Origin: Ignavibacteriota bacterium
GTDB lineage: Bacteria > Bacteroidota > Ignavibacteria > UBA10030 > UBA6906
Length of the DNA: 64,000 nucleotides
Reading direction: 5' to 3'
NCBI GenBank assembly: GCA_963801355.1
Contig: CAWDEM010000008.1
Coordinates: 160,001 to 224,000, forward strand
Numbering within the stretch: position 1 is the stretch's first letter; every line of letters starts with the position of its first letter. The translations under genes and the position numbers were made by a program. The notes under the pieces were generated by a model. The model did not search any database. It saw only the letters and a program-made list of their open reading frames with translations, and was not told the origin of the DNA. Of the stretch, positions 1-9,969 are shown piece by piece.

Positions 1-924
1 TGTCACGTAATACACCGATTCGAACGTCAGGGCAAATTCGCTGATCGTCTGGAAATGGGTCCGGTCGAACCGTGCTGTCCGTTGCGCGCCGACAACCTCG
101 CGCACGATGCCGGGGATGGCGGTGAGTTGTGCCTCGGTGGTCTGGTACGTGACCCCGAAGGTAAACGCCACGCGCCGCTCCTGCATCCTCTTGAAGTTGC
201 GCACCCGGCTCTTGAGCAGGTCGGCATTGGAAAAGATAATTTGTTCCCCCGAAAGACTGCGCACCCGCGTCGTCTTGAGCCCGATGTGTTCGACCGTGCC
301 CTGCAGGGTATCGACGACGATGTAGTCGCCGATGAGGAACGGCTTATCCAGCACGATAGAAAGGGATGCAAAGAGATCGCCCAGGACGTTCTGCAGTGCA
401 AGCGCAACGGCAATGCCACCTACGCCGAGTCCGGCGACCAGCGCGGTGACGTCGAAACCCAGATTCTCGAGGGCCAGGAGGAAAACGATGGACCAAAGGA
501 CGATCTTGCTGATGAAGCTGAGAGCCGCGACAGTTGTCGCACCGGCACCATCCCCGCCCATCCTGTTCCGTGCCATCCTCCCGAGCAGATAGGCGATCAG
601 ACCGTTTCCCCACACGGCGCTTTGGAAAAGGAGCAGGAGCAGGAAAACCATCCACCTGACGTCCACAACGTTCTGATTGACCACGAGGGCGTACGACCCC
701 ACTTCAAGTCCGATTGCAAGCAGGAAGTAGAACCGTGTGCGCCGGAGAAGATCGACGAACAGGTCGTCGATGTCGTTTGTGGTCGTCTGCGCAAATGCGC
801 CCAGCCGGCGGACCAGGATGCTTTTCACGGCGGCGAGAACGATCGTGACGCCGATGGCGACGCTGAGGGCGATCACCCACGATTGCACGGTATTTCCGAG
901 AAACGTCTGATCGAAGAAACTCAT
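1..924 (-). CDS. MscS-family mechanosensitive channel (3' end runs off the window)
   Basis: Not in the ORF track; translated by hand from ATG at 924: MSFFDQTFLGNTVQSW...TALVAGLGVGGIAVALALQNVLGDLFASLSIVLDKPFLIGDYIVVD...VEHIGLKTTRVRSLSGEQIIFSN, the MscS TM3/beta-domain signature. Confidence 0.92.
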   Translation of the reverse strand, partial: MSFFDQTFLGNTVQSWVIALSVAIGVTIVLAAVKSILVRRLGAFAQTTTNDIDDLFVDLLRRTRFYFLLAIGLEVGSYALVVNQNVVDVRWMVFLLLLLFQSAVWGNGLIAYLLGRMARNRMGGDGAGATTVAALSFISKIVLWSIVFLLALENLGFDVTALVAGLGVGGIAVALALQNVLGDLFASLSIVLDKPFLIGDYIVVDTLQGTVEHIGLKTTRVRSLSGEQIIFSNADLLKSRVRNFKRMQERRVAFTFGVTYQTTEAQLTAIPGIVREVVGAQRTARFDRTHFQTISEFALTFESVYYVT

Positions 925-961
925 CTCTGCGCGGTCTCCAGGAATGGGAGGGAGTTGGCGT

Positions 962-1696
962 TTACCGGAACACCACGGGGATGCCCGGTTTCAATATCTT
1001 CACGCGGTTCCGCAGCGCGGACGGAAGATGCCTGCGGAGCTCCTCGGGTGTGCCGCTCAGGACCGGGAATGTGCCGTAGTGCATCCCGACGATATGCCGC
1101 GGGCGGATGAGGGTGCATGCGAGTGCCGCCTCCACGGGTCCCATGGTGAAGTAGCCTCCGATCGGCAGCATTGCCAGATCGGGTTTGTAGAGTTTTCCGA
1201 TAATCTGCATATCGCCGAAGACTCCGGTATCTCCGGCGTGGTACACGCGGAAATCGTTCTCAAAACGGATCACGAAGCCGGCAGGATCTCCGCCGATCCG
1301 GAGTTCACCTCCCGGTTCCATGCCGCTGCTGTGTTCGGCGTGAGTCATGGTAATGGTGATCCCGTCCAGGAGCACGCTTCCCGATTTGTTGATGCCTTCG
1401 ACGCGCGACAGCCCCTGGCTTTGCAGGTACAATCCGATCTCGTGGATGGCAACCACGCGGGCGTTCGTGCGGCGCGCAATCTCGACGGTGTTCCCGAGGT
1501 GGTCGCCGTGGCCATGTGTGAGGAGGATGATATCGACGGGGCTGACATCCCTGGCTCCCTGCGGAGCCCTGGGATTTTCAAGCCAGGGATCGATGAGCAA
1601 TGTTTTCCCCCCGGGTGAAAGGAGGGAGAATGCCGAATGACCGAACCACGTGACGGTGACCCCCGCCTTAAGAGGCGTACTGCTCTTCCGTGCCAT
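962..1696 (-). CDS. Metallo-beta-lactamase-fold metal-dependent hydrolase (UPF0173-like)
   Basis: TWFGHS, LIDPW, THGHGDH, YHAGDTG, LPIGGYFTM, GMHYGTFP motifs. Confidence 0.9.
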   Translation of the reverse strand: MARKSSTPLKAGVTVTWFGHSAFSLLSPGGKTLLIDPWLENPRAPQGARDVSPVDIILLTHGHGDHLGNTVEIARRTNARVVAIHEIGLYLQSQGLSRVEGINKSGSVLLDGITITMTHAEHSSGMEPGGELRIGGDPAGFVIRFENDFRVYHAGDTGVFGDMQIIGKLYKPDLAMLPIGGYFTMGPVEAALACTLIRPRHIVGMHYGTFPVLSGTPEELRRHLPSALRNRVKILKPGIPVVFR

Positions 1697-1916
1697 TGGG
1701 TGATTCCTCCTGATCGAAGGGAACTTCTCCCCGCGACTATTCCGGCCGCGGGCGTGGAAGCTGATACCAAAGGTAAAGAAGAGGCGTCTTCAATGCAAGG
1801 AACCGATTTGGAGTAGAAACTTACGTGAGGCAACCAGGGAACTGTGGGATGTAAGGGTGATTCTTGGTATATTCAGGCTACCTTCATTTCTGATGCGCAC
1901 ATATCACAGGATCCGC

Positions 1917-3446
1917 ATGTACAGAACAACCGTGTTCCGCCCGGTCGCAATGACTCTGATTGTTGCCGTGCTCTTGTGCATGGCAAGCGCATGCAGCGTT
2001 GCTCCGCTCACCTCACAATCGCGTACGCTGACGATTCTGCACACGAACGACATGCACGCTACCTTTGTCCCCCGCGAAGCCGTCTGGGTAAAAGCACAAC
2101 CCCGGCCGATGGTAGGAGGGTTCACGGAGCTGGCGTTTACGATCGACAGCATCCGCCAGAAGCGGCCGGATGTTTTGCTCGTGGACGGCGGAGACGTCAT
2201 GACAGGCAATCCCATCACCGAGCTGAAGTACGATGGAGCATCCGGCGGGGCGCTCTTTGCCATGATGAATCTGATGGGGTACGATGTCTGGTGTCCCGGC
2301 AACCACGACCTTGACATTTCGCAGGAAAACTTGATCGCCCTTGCCTCGATAGCAAAGTTCCCCACTGTGTGCGCCAATCTTGTAGATGACCAGGGCCGGC
2401 TCCCCGTGCACAACATTCCTTACACGATTCTTGAACGCAATGGCCTCCGTATCGGGATCATCGGGATCATTTCGCAGGAACTCTACTCCCTCGTTCTGCA
2501 GTCAAACCTCACCGGTCTGCGCGTACTCTCTCCTGAAGAAACCACACAGAAGTATGTGGATGAGCTCCGCCCGAAGACCGACCTGCTCCTGGCGCTGACG
2601 CACCAGGGCGTGGATGAGGATTCGATGCTGGCGGCATCGGTCCACGGACTGGACCTGATCATCGGAGGGCACTCTCATACGCGGCTGAAGTCCCCGCTCC
2701 TCGTGAACGGGACCTACATTGTGCAGGCCGGTTCCAATACCGAGAATCTCGGCGTTGTGACGCTGACGGTCGACAGGCATCACCTCACGCATGTACAGGG
2801 GCAGTTGCTTCAGCTCTGGGCGGCTGCAAAGCGTCCGCCGAGTGCAGTTTCGATGCTGGTCGATTCCATGCAGTCGGAAATCGAGAGGGAATACAGCCAG
2901 GTGATCGGTGTGCTGCACGGCGACTGGATCAGGGGAGGAAGTGAGACCGCGATCGGGCATTACATCACGGAGGCGCAGCGGGAGGCTGTCCGGGCGGATG
3001 TCGGCTTCATGAACATCCATGGCATCCGGAAGGACCTGCCTGCCGGGCCGATCCGCAAGAAAGATCTGTTTGAGGTGCTTCCATTCCGGAATGTCCTGGC
3101 GACATTCCAGCTGACGGGCAGCCAGCTCCTCAGCATGCTGGAGTACGCCGTGCGGACAAGGTCGCAGATTCATCTGGCCGGCATCAACGCGACGTGGGCA
3201 TCCGGACCTGATTCCACGATTGTGCTTCGTGACGTGCGTATCAACGGAAACCCGGTCGACACGAGTCGCGCGTACAGTTGCGTTGCCAGCGATTATTTCA
3301 TTGGAGAGGCGGAAAGGTACATTGGCATCGTTCCCCGGGATGTGATTTTCCTCAAACGGACGTTGTTCGAGGTCGTTGAGCAGCGCATACGGGACGATCA
3401 CGACATCACGCCGGAGGTGCGCCCGGCATTGCGTCGCGCACGGTAG
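1917..3446 (+). CDS. Bifunctional 5'-nucleotidase/UDP-sugar hydrolase, probable lipoprotein
   Basis: Metallophosphoesterase motifs HTNDMH, DGGD, GNHD, GGHSH plus 5'-nucleotidase C-terminal GIR...LPF.N; hydrophobic N-terminus ending ASAC. Start codon uncertain (1857/1893/1917/1950). Confidence 0.88.
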   Translation: MYRTTVFRPVAMTLIVAVLLCMASACSVAPLTSQSRTLTILHTNDMHATFVPREAVWVKAQPRPMVGGFTELAFTIDSIRQKRPDVLLVDGGDVMTGNPITELKYDGASGGALFAMMNLMGYDVWCPGNHDLDISQENLIALASIAKFPTVCANLVDDQGRLPVHNIPYTILERNGLRIGIIGIISQELYSLVLQSNLTGLRVLSPEETTQKYVDELRPKTDLLLALTHQGVDEDSMLAASVHGLDLIIGGHSHTRLKSPLLVNGTYIVQAGSNTENLGVVTLTVDRHHLTHVQGQLLQLWAAAKRPPSAVSMLVDSMQSEIEREYSQVIGVLHGDWIRGGSETAIGHYITEAQREAVRADVGFMNIHGIRKDLPAGPIRKKDLFEVLPFRNVLATFQLTGSQLLSMLEYAVRTRSQIHLAGINATWASGPDSTIVLRDVRINGNPVDTSRAYSCVASDYFIGEAERYIGIVPRDVIFLKRTLFEVVEQRIRDDHDITPEVRPALRRAR

Positions 3447-3468
3447 CAATTCTTACAGGAGATCGCAC

Positions 3469-4188
3469 ATGACAGCCGTACCCCATTTTCCGGTACTGAT
3501 CATCACCGGCCGGCCGGCGGCGGGGAAGTCGGAGGTGATAGACTTTCTCAAGAAGGCCGATCCTGCCGACCGCCTCAGACGGTTCCACATTGCCGACTTT
3601 GAAGAGCTGGATGATTTCGTGTACGTATGGGAGACTTTTGAAACAGACGATATTCTCACCCGTCATGGAAAACAGCGGGTCTGGACGGATCCCAGGTACT
3701 ACTTCACCGACGACTTCATCTGGAATCTGTACATCGAGCGCATCAGCCTCGAATACAGGAAGAAGCTCGCTCGCGATCCGCATTATCACGAGTCGAAGAC
3801 AACGCTCATTGAATTCGCACGCGGCGGGGAAAACGGGATTGCAGAAGCAATGAGTTACCTGCACGAGGATGTGCTGAAACGTGCCTGCTTAATCTACATC
3901 CGTGTGTCCTATGAGGAGTCCCTCCGGAAAAACCGCCGGCGCGCACGGAAAGGGCAGGAAGATTCGATCCTCTACCACTCGTTGCCGGACGAGAAGATGG
4001 ATTTCTATTACAGGACGAACGACTGGGAAAAGCTTGAGGCAAAAGACCCGCAATTCCTTCAGGTCAAGGGGCACAAGATCCCTTATGCGGTCTTCGAAAA
4101 CGAGCCGGAGAAGACCCACAAGCCGGAGTTGATTGCCGCGGAGCTGGAGAGGGTGACGGGAAGGTTGTGGGAGAGTATTGATGCCTAA
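3469..4188 (+). CDS. Uncharacterised P-loop NTPase with nucleotide-kinase-like fold
   Basis: Walker A GRPAAGKS near the N-terminus, IEFARG Walker-B-like strand, lid-like EESLRKNRRR; AGGAG upstream of ATG 3469. Confidence 0.7.
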   Translation: MTAVPHFPVLIITGRPAAGKSEVIDFLKKADPADRLRRFHIADFEELDDFVYVWETFETDDILTRHGKQRVWTDPRYYFTDDFIWNLYIERISLEYRKKLARDPHYHESKTTLIEFARGGENGIAEAMSYLHEDVLKRACLIYIRVSYEESLRKNRRRARKGQEDSILYHSLPDEKMDFYYRTNDWEKLEAKDPQFLQVKGHKIPYAVFENEPEKTHKPELIAAELERVTGRLWESIDA

Positions 4189-5540
4189 TGCCCCGCGGCC
4201 TTTCCTTGGGGGATCGCATTCCAGATCCGTCTCGTCAGAGCAAAGCCGGCAACGGCGAAGGGAACAAGAAAGACCGGCCAGTACTGCCAGTTCCATGTGG
4301 TGATGAAGCCGAGCGACAATGACTGTACGCCCGTGCCGAGGTACACCAACCCGTCGATCAGGCCCACCGCGGTTGCCGCAGCCTTTTTCCCCCCGAAGTC
4401 CATAGTTGCGGTACCGCTGAGCATGCCGTGTGTGCCGATCACAGCCACCGAGACGAGGCACACGACGATGCCCAGCACGGTCGGGTTTCCGTACAGGGTG
4501 AAGATCATTGTGATTGTCGCTGCGAGCAGGACCGCATAAAAGATCCCTGCTACGGGTGCCCGGCGCGATCCGAACAGGTGGTCGGACATCCATCCGGCCA
4601 GCATCCCGCCGCCCGCGCCCGCGAGCATCAGCATCAGACCCCAGTGGTTCAACCAGAACTGCCAGGAGCCGGCCACTCCGGGCCCGGCGGCGATCTGCTC
4701 CTTGGCGAAGATGGGGAACCAGTGCATCACCCCGTTCCGCAGGACGCCCGTGCAGAACTCAATCATCCCGACGACAATGAGCACTTTGTTGGTGAAGATC
4801 CGCCGGAAGATATCTTTCAGATTGAACGGGGCATCAGCCTCGCCCGACGACGCATCTCCCGTGTTGAAGTCTTCGAATCCCGCCTCGCCCGGCGTATCGC
4901 GGAGCACAAGAAGATCAAGGAGCACCCAGAGGAAGAGGATTACGGCGGGGATGAAAAACACAAGCCAGTACTGGGGATTGGCCGGGCTCATCTGCTCGGT
5001 GAAGTTCACGATGGCCTGACTCCAGTCGAAGGCAAAGTAGAGCCCGAGTGAGATGAGGATGCCGAAGATGCCGCCGAAGATTCCCCGTTCGCGCACGTGG
5101 AACCACGCCGCATTGACCTTCACAATTGCCACCGCGCCGTAACTCTGGAAGTACATGTTGAGGGCATAGACCACGGAGAATGCGACCGTCAAATTGAGCG
5201 TCCAGTTCAGCGAGAGGATCCCGTAGACGATGATGCCGAGGATGATATTCATCAGGGCGGATCCCGCCGCCCCGATCAGCATGGCGCGTTTGCCCCCTAT
5301 CCGGTCGGTCAAGGGCCCGTTGATCAGGAACGAGAAAGCGTAGGTGATTGTACCCGCGGCGAAGATGATCCCGAAGGCCTCTTTGGGCATCAGGTCGCCC
5401 AGGGCATTCTTGGACACCGTGAGGTTATATCGCGCCATGTAGAGGAAGGCATACGTCAGGCCGAGAGGGAGCCAGTTGAACGCACGCCGGCGTCGATACG
5501 CGGCGGAATGGACCGGGCGACTGAGAGAAGTATCGGGCAT
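4185..5540 (-). CDS. MFS transporter, GlpT/UhpT organophosphate:Pi antiporter-like
   Basis: YMARYN in TM1, GPLTDRIGGKR motif A, WF...ERG, GWMSDHLFGSRR, DFGGKKAAATAVGLID; about 12 hydrophobic segments. Start taken at MPDTS. Confidence 0.8.
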   Translation of the reverse strand: MPDTSLSRPVHSAAYRRRRAFNWLPLGLTYAFLYMARYNLTVSKNALGDLMPKEAFGIIFAAGTITYAFSFLINGPLTDRIGGKRAMLIGAAGSALMNIILGIIVYGILSLNWTLNLTVAFSVVYALNMYFQSYGAVAIVKVNAAWFHVRERGIFGGIFGILISLGLYFAFDWSQAIVNFTEQMSPANPQYWLVFFIPAVILFLWVLLDLLVLRDTPGEAGFEDFNTGDASSGEADAPFNLKDIFRRIFTNKVLIVVGMIEFCTGVLRNGVMHWFPIFAKEQIAAGPGVAGSWQFWLNHWGLMLMLAGAGGGMLAGWMSDHLFGSRRAPVAGIFYAVLLAATITMIFTLYGNPTVLGIVVCLVSVAVIGTHGMLSGTATMDFGGKKAAATAVGLIDGLVYLGTGVQSLSLGFITTWNWQYWPVFLVPFAVAGFALTRRIWNAIPQGKAAGH

Positions 5541-5585
5541 AGGGACAGTGGTGCGGTGTGAATGACGGGATAACCTGATCATTCC

Positions 5586-5635
5586 AATATACGCAAGCAC
5601 AACCGCTTGAACAAGTCAGATTTTCTGAGTACACT
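5586..5635. promoter_or_regulatory. Overlapping divergent sigma70-type promoters for the MFS gene (-) and the radical SAM gene (+)
   Basis: Plus strand TTGAAC(5607-5612)-17 nt-TACACT(5630-5635); minus strand TTGTTC(5614-5609)-17 nt-TATATT(5591-5586). Confidence 0.45.
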
Positions 5636-5688
5636 GATTTGTTCTGCCGTGATGGACCAGCCATAACGCCATTCAGGAAGCACACCGC

Positions 5689-6915
5689 ATGGACAAAGTC
5701 CTCGAACACACAGAATTGTACCGGCTTCCATGGACACTTCCCGATAATGCCATCAGCTGGCTTGAGCCGACGAGCTCGTGCAACCTGTACTGCGATGGAT
5801 GCTACAGGAAGAACGACCCCAAGGGTCACAAACCCGTGGAAGAGATCCGGAAGGAACTCGAAGTCTTCAAGAGCCTCCGCAAAACCGATGGAGTCTCGAT
5901 TGCAGGCGGGGATCCGTTGACCCACCCGGAGATCGAACAGATCGTTGCTCTGGTGGCGGAGATGGGGCATAAGCCCATCATCAACACGAACGGGCTTGCG
6001 CTCACGATGGAGAAACTCCGGGCGCTGAAGAAAGCCGGTGTCGCAGGGTTCACATTTCATATTGACAGCGGCCAGAATCGTCCGCACATGAAGGGCAAGA
6101 CAGAAGCCGAGTTGAACGAGTTGCGGCTCACGTATGCCCGGATGCTGGCGGAGGTGGGCGACATTTCCTGTGCGTTCAATGCCACCGTGTACGAGCACAC
6201 GTTGAAGGACGTGCCGGAGATCGTCTCATGGGGTCAGGAGCACATCGACATTGTGCATATCCTGGTATTCATCGCATATCGGGCAGCGCCTGTCTACAAG
6301 GGGTACGACTACTTCGTGGGCGGGAAGAAGATCGACATGACGCCGATCGCCTATGCGATCCAGGAGGATCGCATGACCAGCATCATGTCAACAGATATCG
6401 TGACGGAGATCCGGAAGCGGTATCCGGACTTCATGCCGTCGGCCTACCTGAACGGCACCGAGCGTCCCGATCACTTCAAGTGGCTGCTGACCATGCGCGT
6501 CGGCACCAAGAACAAGATCTACGGCTACACGGGGCCGAAATTCATGGAAATGGGGCAGACGCTTCACCATCTTCTGCGTGGGACGTATCTTGCGTACACC
6601 GCCACGAAGACACTCCGCCGGGGGAAATCGATGCTCCTGCTTTCACCCCTGGACCACGGTCTCGCGAAAACCGCCAGCGCATATTTGCACGGGGTCATGC
6701 GGTCGCCCGGCGAGATGTTCCGGCGCCTGCACATGCAGTCGGTCATGATCATCCAGCCGGCGGATTTCATGGAAAACGGAGCCATCAGTATGTGTGACGG
6801 CTGCCCGGACATCACCGTGTATGACAACAAACTCGTCTGGTCCTGCCGGATGGAGGAACTGATCAACTTCGGTGACTGGATCCGCCCGGTCATCGCTCAA
6901 CCGGATCGGCAATAA
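5689..6915 (+). CDS. Radical SAM protein with extra C-terminal cysteines
   Basis: CNLYCDGC (CX3CX2C), GGDP, NTNG; C-terminal MCDGCPD...WSCR. Confidence 0.88.
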   Translation: MDKVLEHTELYRLPWTLPDNAISWLEPTSSCNLYCDGCYRKNDPKGHKPVEEIRKELEVFKSLRKTDGVSIAGGDPLTHPEIEQIVALVAEMGHKPIINTNGLALTMEKLRALKKAGVAGFTFHIDSGQNRPHMKGKTEAELNELRLTYARMLAEVGDISCAFNATVYEHTLKDVPEIVSWGQEHIDIVHILVFIAYRAAPVYKGYDYFVGGKKIDMTPIAYAIQEDRMTSIMSTDIVTEIRKRYPDFMPSAYLNGTERPDHFKWLLTMRVGTKNKIYGYTGPKFMEMGQTLHHLLRGTYLAYTATKTLRRGKSMLLLSPLDHGLAKTASAYLHGVMRSPGEMFRRLHMQSVMIIQPADFMENGAISMCDGCPDITVYDNKLVWSCRMEELINFGDWIRPVIAQPDRQ

Positions 6916-6921
6916 TACATC

Positions 6922-7923
6922 ATGATCACCATCTATCAATTTCTCAACGGCGCCATCCGTACCATTGATCTGAAGGAATTGCACCGGTCGCTGCATGGGG
7001 AGGCGGGTGTCATCTGGGTGGACATGGAGAATCCGAAGGAGGCGGAGGAAGAGACGCTGCTCGTGTCGATCTTCGGTTTCCATTCACTTACCATTGAGGA
7101 CTCCCAAAAGGGGAACGATCCGGAAGGACATCTCCCGAAAGTAGAGGATTTTGGCGACTATCTGTTCATCATCTTCAATCCCGTTGAAGGGGTCATGGAG
7201 ACCGAAGATGAGGATGCCATGTTCCGGATGGAAATCCGCACATCCCAGCTGAGTGCATATTTGACTTCCCGGGTGCTGGTAACCCACCACTATACGCCGC
7301 TCCGGTCAATCACCAACGCGATGCAGCTCCTGACAAAAAACCCGCTGACGCTCGGGAAGGGGCCGGATTTTCTTTTCCATTTCATTATTGACGACATCGT
7401 CGACAACTACACGCCGATTCTCGACAAGCTGGATGATGCCATTGATGCAATGGAAGACGAGGTCTTCCAGAAGCCGTCGACGAAATCGATGGTGCGCATT
7501 CTGCACCTCAAAAGGAACATCATGACCATACGGCGGGTTGCCGTGTACCAGCGCGAGATGCTCAGCCGGTTGTCGCGGGGCGAATTTGATCTGATCAACC
7601 GCGACGAGATGATCTTCTATCGGAACGTGTATGATCATCTCGTGCGTATGACGGACATGGCGGACTCCTACCGCGATATTGTTACATCCCTGCTGGATGC
7701 CTATCTCTCGGTGACGTCGAACCAGTTGAACCAGGTGATGAAGGTCCTGACGATCATTTCGACAATATTCCTGCCCCTGAGCGTTATCACGGGTTTTTTC
7801 GGCATGAACTTCGTTCACCTGCCGCTCGCCAGCTGGGAGTACGGTGTCTCGATCACTGCGGTATTCATGCTTGTCGTGGCGTGGGGGATGCTGTGGATGT
7901 TCAAACGGAACAAGTGGATGTAG
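6922..7923 (+). CDS. corA: Magnesium/cobalt transporter CorA
   Basis: PKVEDFGDYLF, LNQVMKVLT, GFFGMNF (GMN signature), two C-terminal TM helices. Confidence 0.93.
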   Translation: MITIYQFLNGAIRTIDLKELHRSLHGEAGVIWVDMENPKEAEEETLLVSIFGFHSLTIEDSQKGNDPEGHLPKVEDFGDYLFIIFNPVEGVMETEDEDAMFRMEIRTSQLSAYLTSRVLVTHHYTPLRSITNAMQLLTKNPLTLGKGPDFLFHFIIDDIVDNYTPILDKLDDAIDAMEDEVFQKPSTKSMVRILHLKRNIMTIRRVAVYQREMLSRLSRGEFDLINRDEMIFYRNVYDHLVRMTDMADSYRDIVTSLLDAYLSVTSNQLNQVMKVLTIISTIFLPLSVITGFFGMNFVHLPLASWEYGVSITAVFMLVVAWGMLWMFKRNKWM

Positions 7924-7968
7924 TGTCCGAAATACTCTATGCAATGAATCCCGGGCGATTGATGCCAA

Positions 7969-9117
7969 ATGACAACTTCTCCCATTCAGATCCCGGCGTG
8001 TAAGCACTTCACCGGGTACAAGCCCTGTTTCCCGGGTGAAAACTGCCTGCAGGAGTGCGTGCAGCCCGAGCCCATCGGCACGAAAATCCTCATCGTCAAC
8101 CTAGACGCAATGGGGAATGTCCTTCTGACGACGGCGTTGCTCCCGGCGCTCAAGCGGCAGTATCCCGAAAGCACGATTTCCTGGATCACGCTGAAGAATG
8201 CGGCACCGCTGTTACAGGAGAATCCGCTTATCGACCGGGTATATCTCTGGGAGCCCGACAGCTGGCTTATCCTGAACCGGATGACGTTCGATCTTGTGCT
8301 GAACATCGACAAATCCCAGCGCGCCGCAGCGTTCACGATGGGAGTGACCGCACGAAAGCGCAAAGGATTCGGGTTGAATGATGACGGGAAGATCATCCCG
8401 CTGAACGCGGCCGCGGTGGAAAATTTCCGTCTCGGGTTGGATGACCATCTCAAGTTTCACGTGAATCAGAAAACCGTTTCCCAGCTGCAATGCGAGGAAT
8501 TTGGACTGGAGTTCCGCCGCGACGAGTACTTGCTCGTGCTCACGCCGGAGGAGCGGGCGTTTTGCGACGAGTACAAAGTACAACAGGGTCTTGACCGGGC
8601 CGCCCTCGTGGTGGGTTTCAATACGGGGTGTTCGGAACTCTACCCGAACAAGAAAATGACAGTTGAGCAACACGTGCAGCTGATTGAGCGGCTGGCGGGC
8701 ATTGAGGGTGTCCGCCTCCTCTTGCTCGGCGGGCCGGAAGACACGATCAGGAATGCGGAGATTGCCCGTCGGGTCGGCAGCAAGGTCCTCAGTACCCCGA
8801 CGACGGAAGGGGTACGTCAGGGTCTGTGCTACATTAATCTCTGTGACCTCGTGATCTCGGGCGACTCCTTCGGCATGCACGCGGCCATCGGGCTGAAGAA
8901 GGAGATTGTCGTCTGGTTCGGTGTGAGTTGCCCAGCGGAGATCGATCTCTACGGCCGCGGTGTCAAGCTCATTCCCGAAGGACTCGCCTGCGCGCCCTGC
9001 TGGAAGCGCGTCTGCCCCTTCAACCTCGAGTGCATTCAGCAGATCGATCTCGACGCGATCGTCCGGCACGCGGAGAGTTTTCTCGCACGGCGTGCGGGAT
9101 CTCCGTCCGCCCGATGA
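7969..9117 (+). CDS. Glycosyltransferase family 9 (heptosyltransferase-like)
   Basis: LDAMGNVLLTTALLPALKRQYP, ISGDSFGMHAAIGL, C-terminal CAPC motif. Confidence 0.85.
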   Translation: MTTSPIQIPACKHFTGYKPCFPGENCLQECVQPEPIGTKILIVNLDAMGNVLLTTALLPALKRQYPESTISWITLKNAAPLLQENPLIDRVYLWEPDSWLILNRMTFDLVLNIDKSQRAAAFTMGVTARKRKGFGLNDDGKIIPLNAAAVENFRLGLDDHLKFHVNQKTVSQLQCEEFGLEFRRDEYLLVLTPEERAFCDEYKVQQGLDRAALVVGFNTGCSELYPNKKMTVEQHVQLIERLAGIEGVRLLLLGGPEDTIRNAEIARRVGSKVLSTPTTEGVRQGLCYINLCDLVISGDSFGMHAAIGLKKEIVVWFGVSCPAEIDLYGRGVKLIPEGLACAPCWKRVCPFNLECIQQIDLDAIVRHAESFLARRAGSPSAR

Positions 9118-9962
9118 GGTTATTTCTCTGCATACTCCTGCTGGCGGCACAGTCGCTGCCGGCCCAGGACACGCTCACCGCACATTCTGCGCCTCCTCCG
9201 GACTCCACCTGGTCCACCCGAAAAATCGTTGCCACCACTGCGGTCGGAGGGCTGTTCGCCGGTTCGCTGGCCAGCTCGTATTACGATTGGTGGAAAGGCT
9301 CTTCCGATCACTTCCATTTTGTCGACGACGGACTGTTCACAAACTACTCCCTGGGTATCGACAAGATCGGTCATGCCTATACGTCCTACTTCTATTTTCA
9401 CTCGTTCCGGAATGTCATGCTCTGGGGCGGGTATGACAGCTCGACGGCGTACTGGGTTGCGGCGGGGGGGTCTGCGTTTTTCGCGCTCTCCATAGAGATC
9501 GGCGACGGGTTCAGTCCGTTCGGCTTTTCGCTGTACGATTTCGCGTTCAATCTGGGCGGGCTCGGCTTCGCAATGGCCCAGATTGCCGTGCCGTTTCTGC
9601 GCAATATATCACTGAAGTGGTCGTACGTGCCGGCCGGGGGATACCGGTGGCCCCCCCATTTCACCGATCACTACGATGCACATACCTACTGGTTGACATT
9701 CAATGTCCATAATCTGTTGCCGGCGGATTGGCGGGAGTACTGGCCCGAATTCATCCAGCTGGCGGTCGGCTACGGAGTGGATGAGAGGATAGCAAAAAGA
9801 GAAGCGGTGTTCGGGCTGGACATCAACCTCGACGTGTTACATGTGGAGAATCCGGAGTTGAAGTTGTTGCAGCAGACAGTGACAATGATCCACCTCCCCT
9901 CGCCGGCGGTGAAGTTCACCGAATGGGAGAGACCCCGCTGGTACGCGGTGCACTGGAATTGA
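9114..9962 (+). CDS. YfiM/DUF2279-like exported protein
   Basis: Signal peptide MRLFLCILLL; DKIGHAY, EIGDGFS, DFAFNLGG, DHYDAHTYW; ATGA overlap with the GT9 stop. Confidence 0.65.
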   Translation: MRLFLCILLLAAQSLPAQDTLTAHSAPPPDSTWSTRKIVATTAVGGLFAGSLASSYYDWWKGSSDHFHFVDDGLFTNYSLGIDKIGHAYTSYFYFHSFRNVMLWGGYDSSTAYWVAAGGSAFFALSIEIGDGFSPFGFSLYDFAFNLGGLGFAMAQIAVPFLRNISLKWSYVPAGGYRWPPHFTDHYDAHTYWLTFNVHNLLPADWREYWPEFIQLAVGYGVDERIAKREAVFGLDINLDVLHVENPELKLLQQTVTMIHLPSPAVKFTEWERPRWYAVHWN

Positions 9963-9969
9963 GCCGGGG

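Noticed and set aside
55-1110. 351-aa plus-strand ORF
   Set aside because: Antisense shadow of the MscS gene, which the track missed because it runs off the window.
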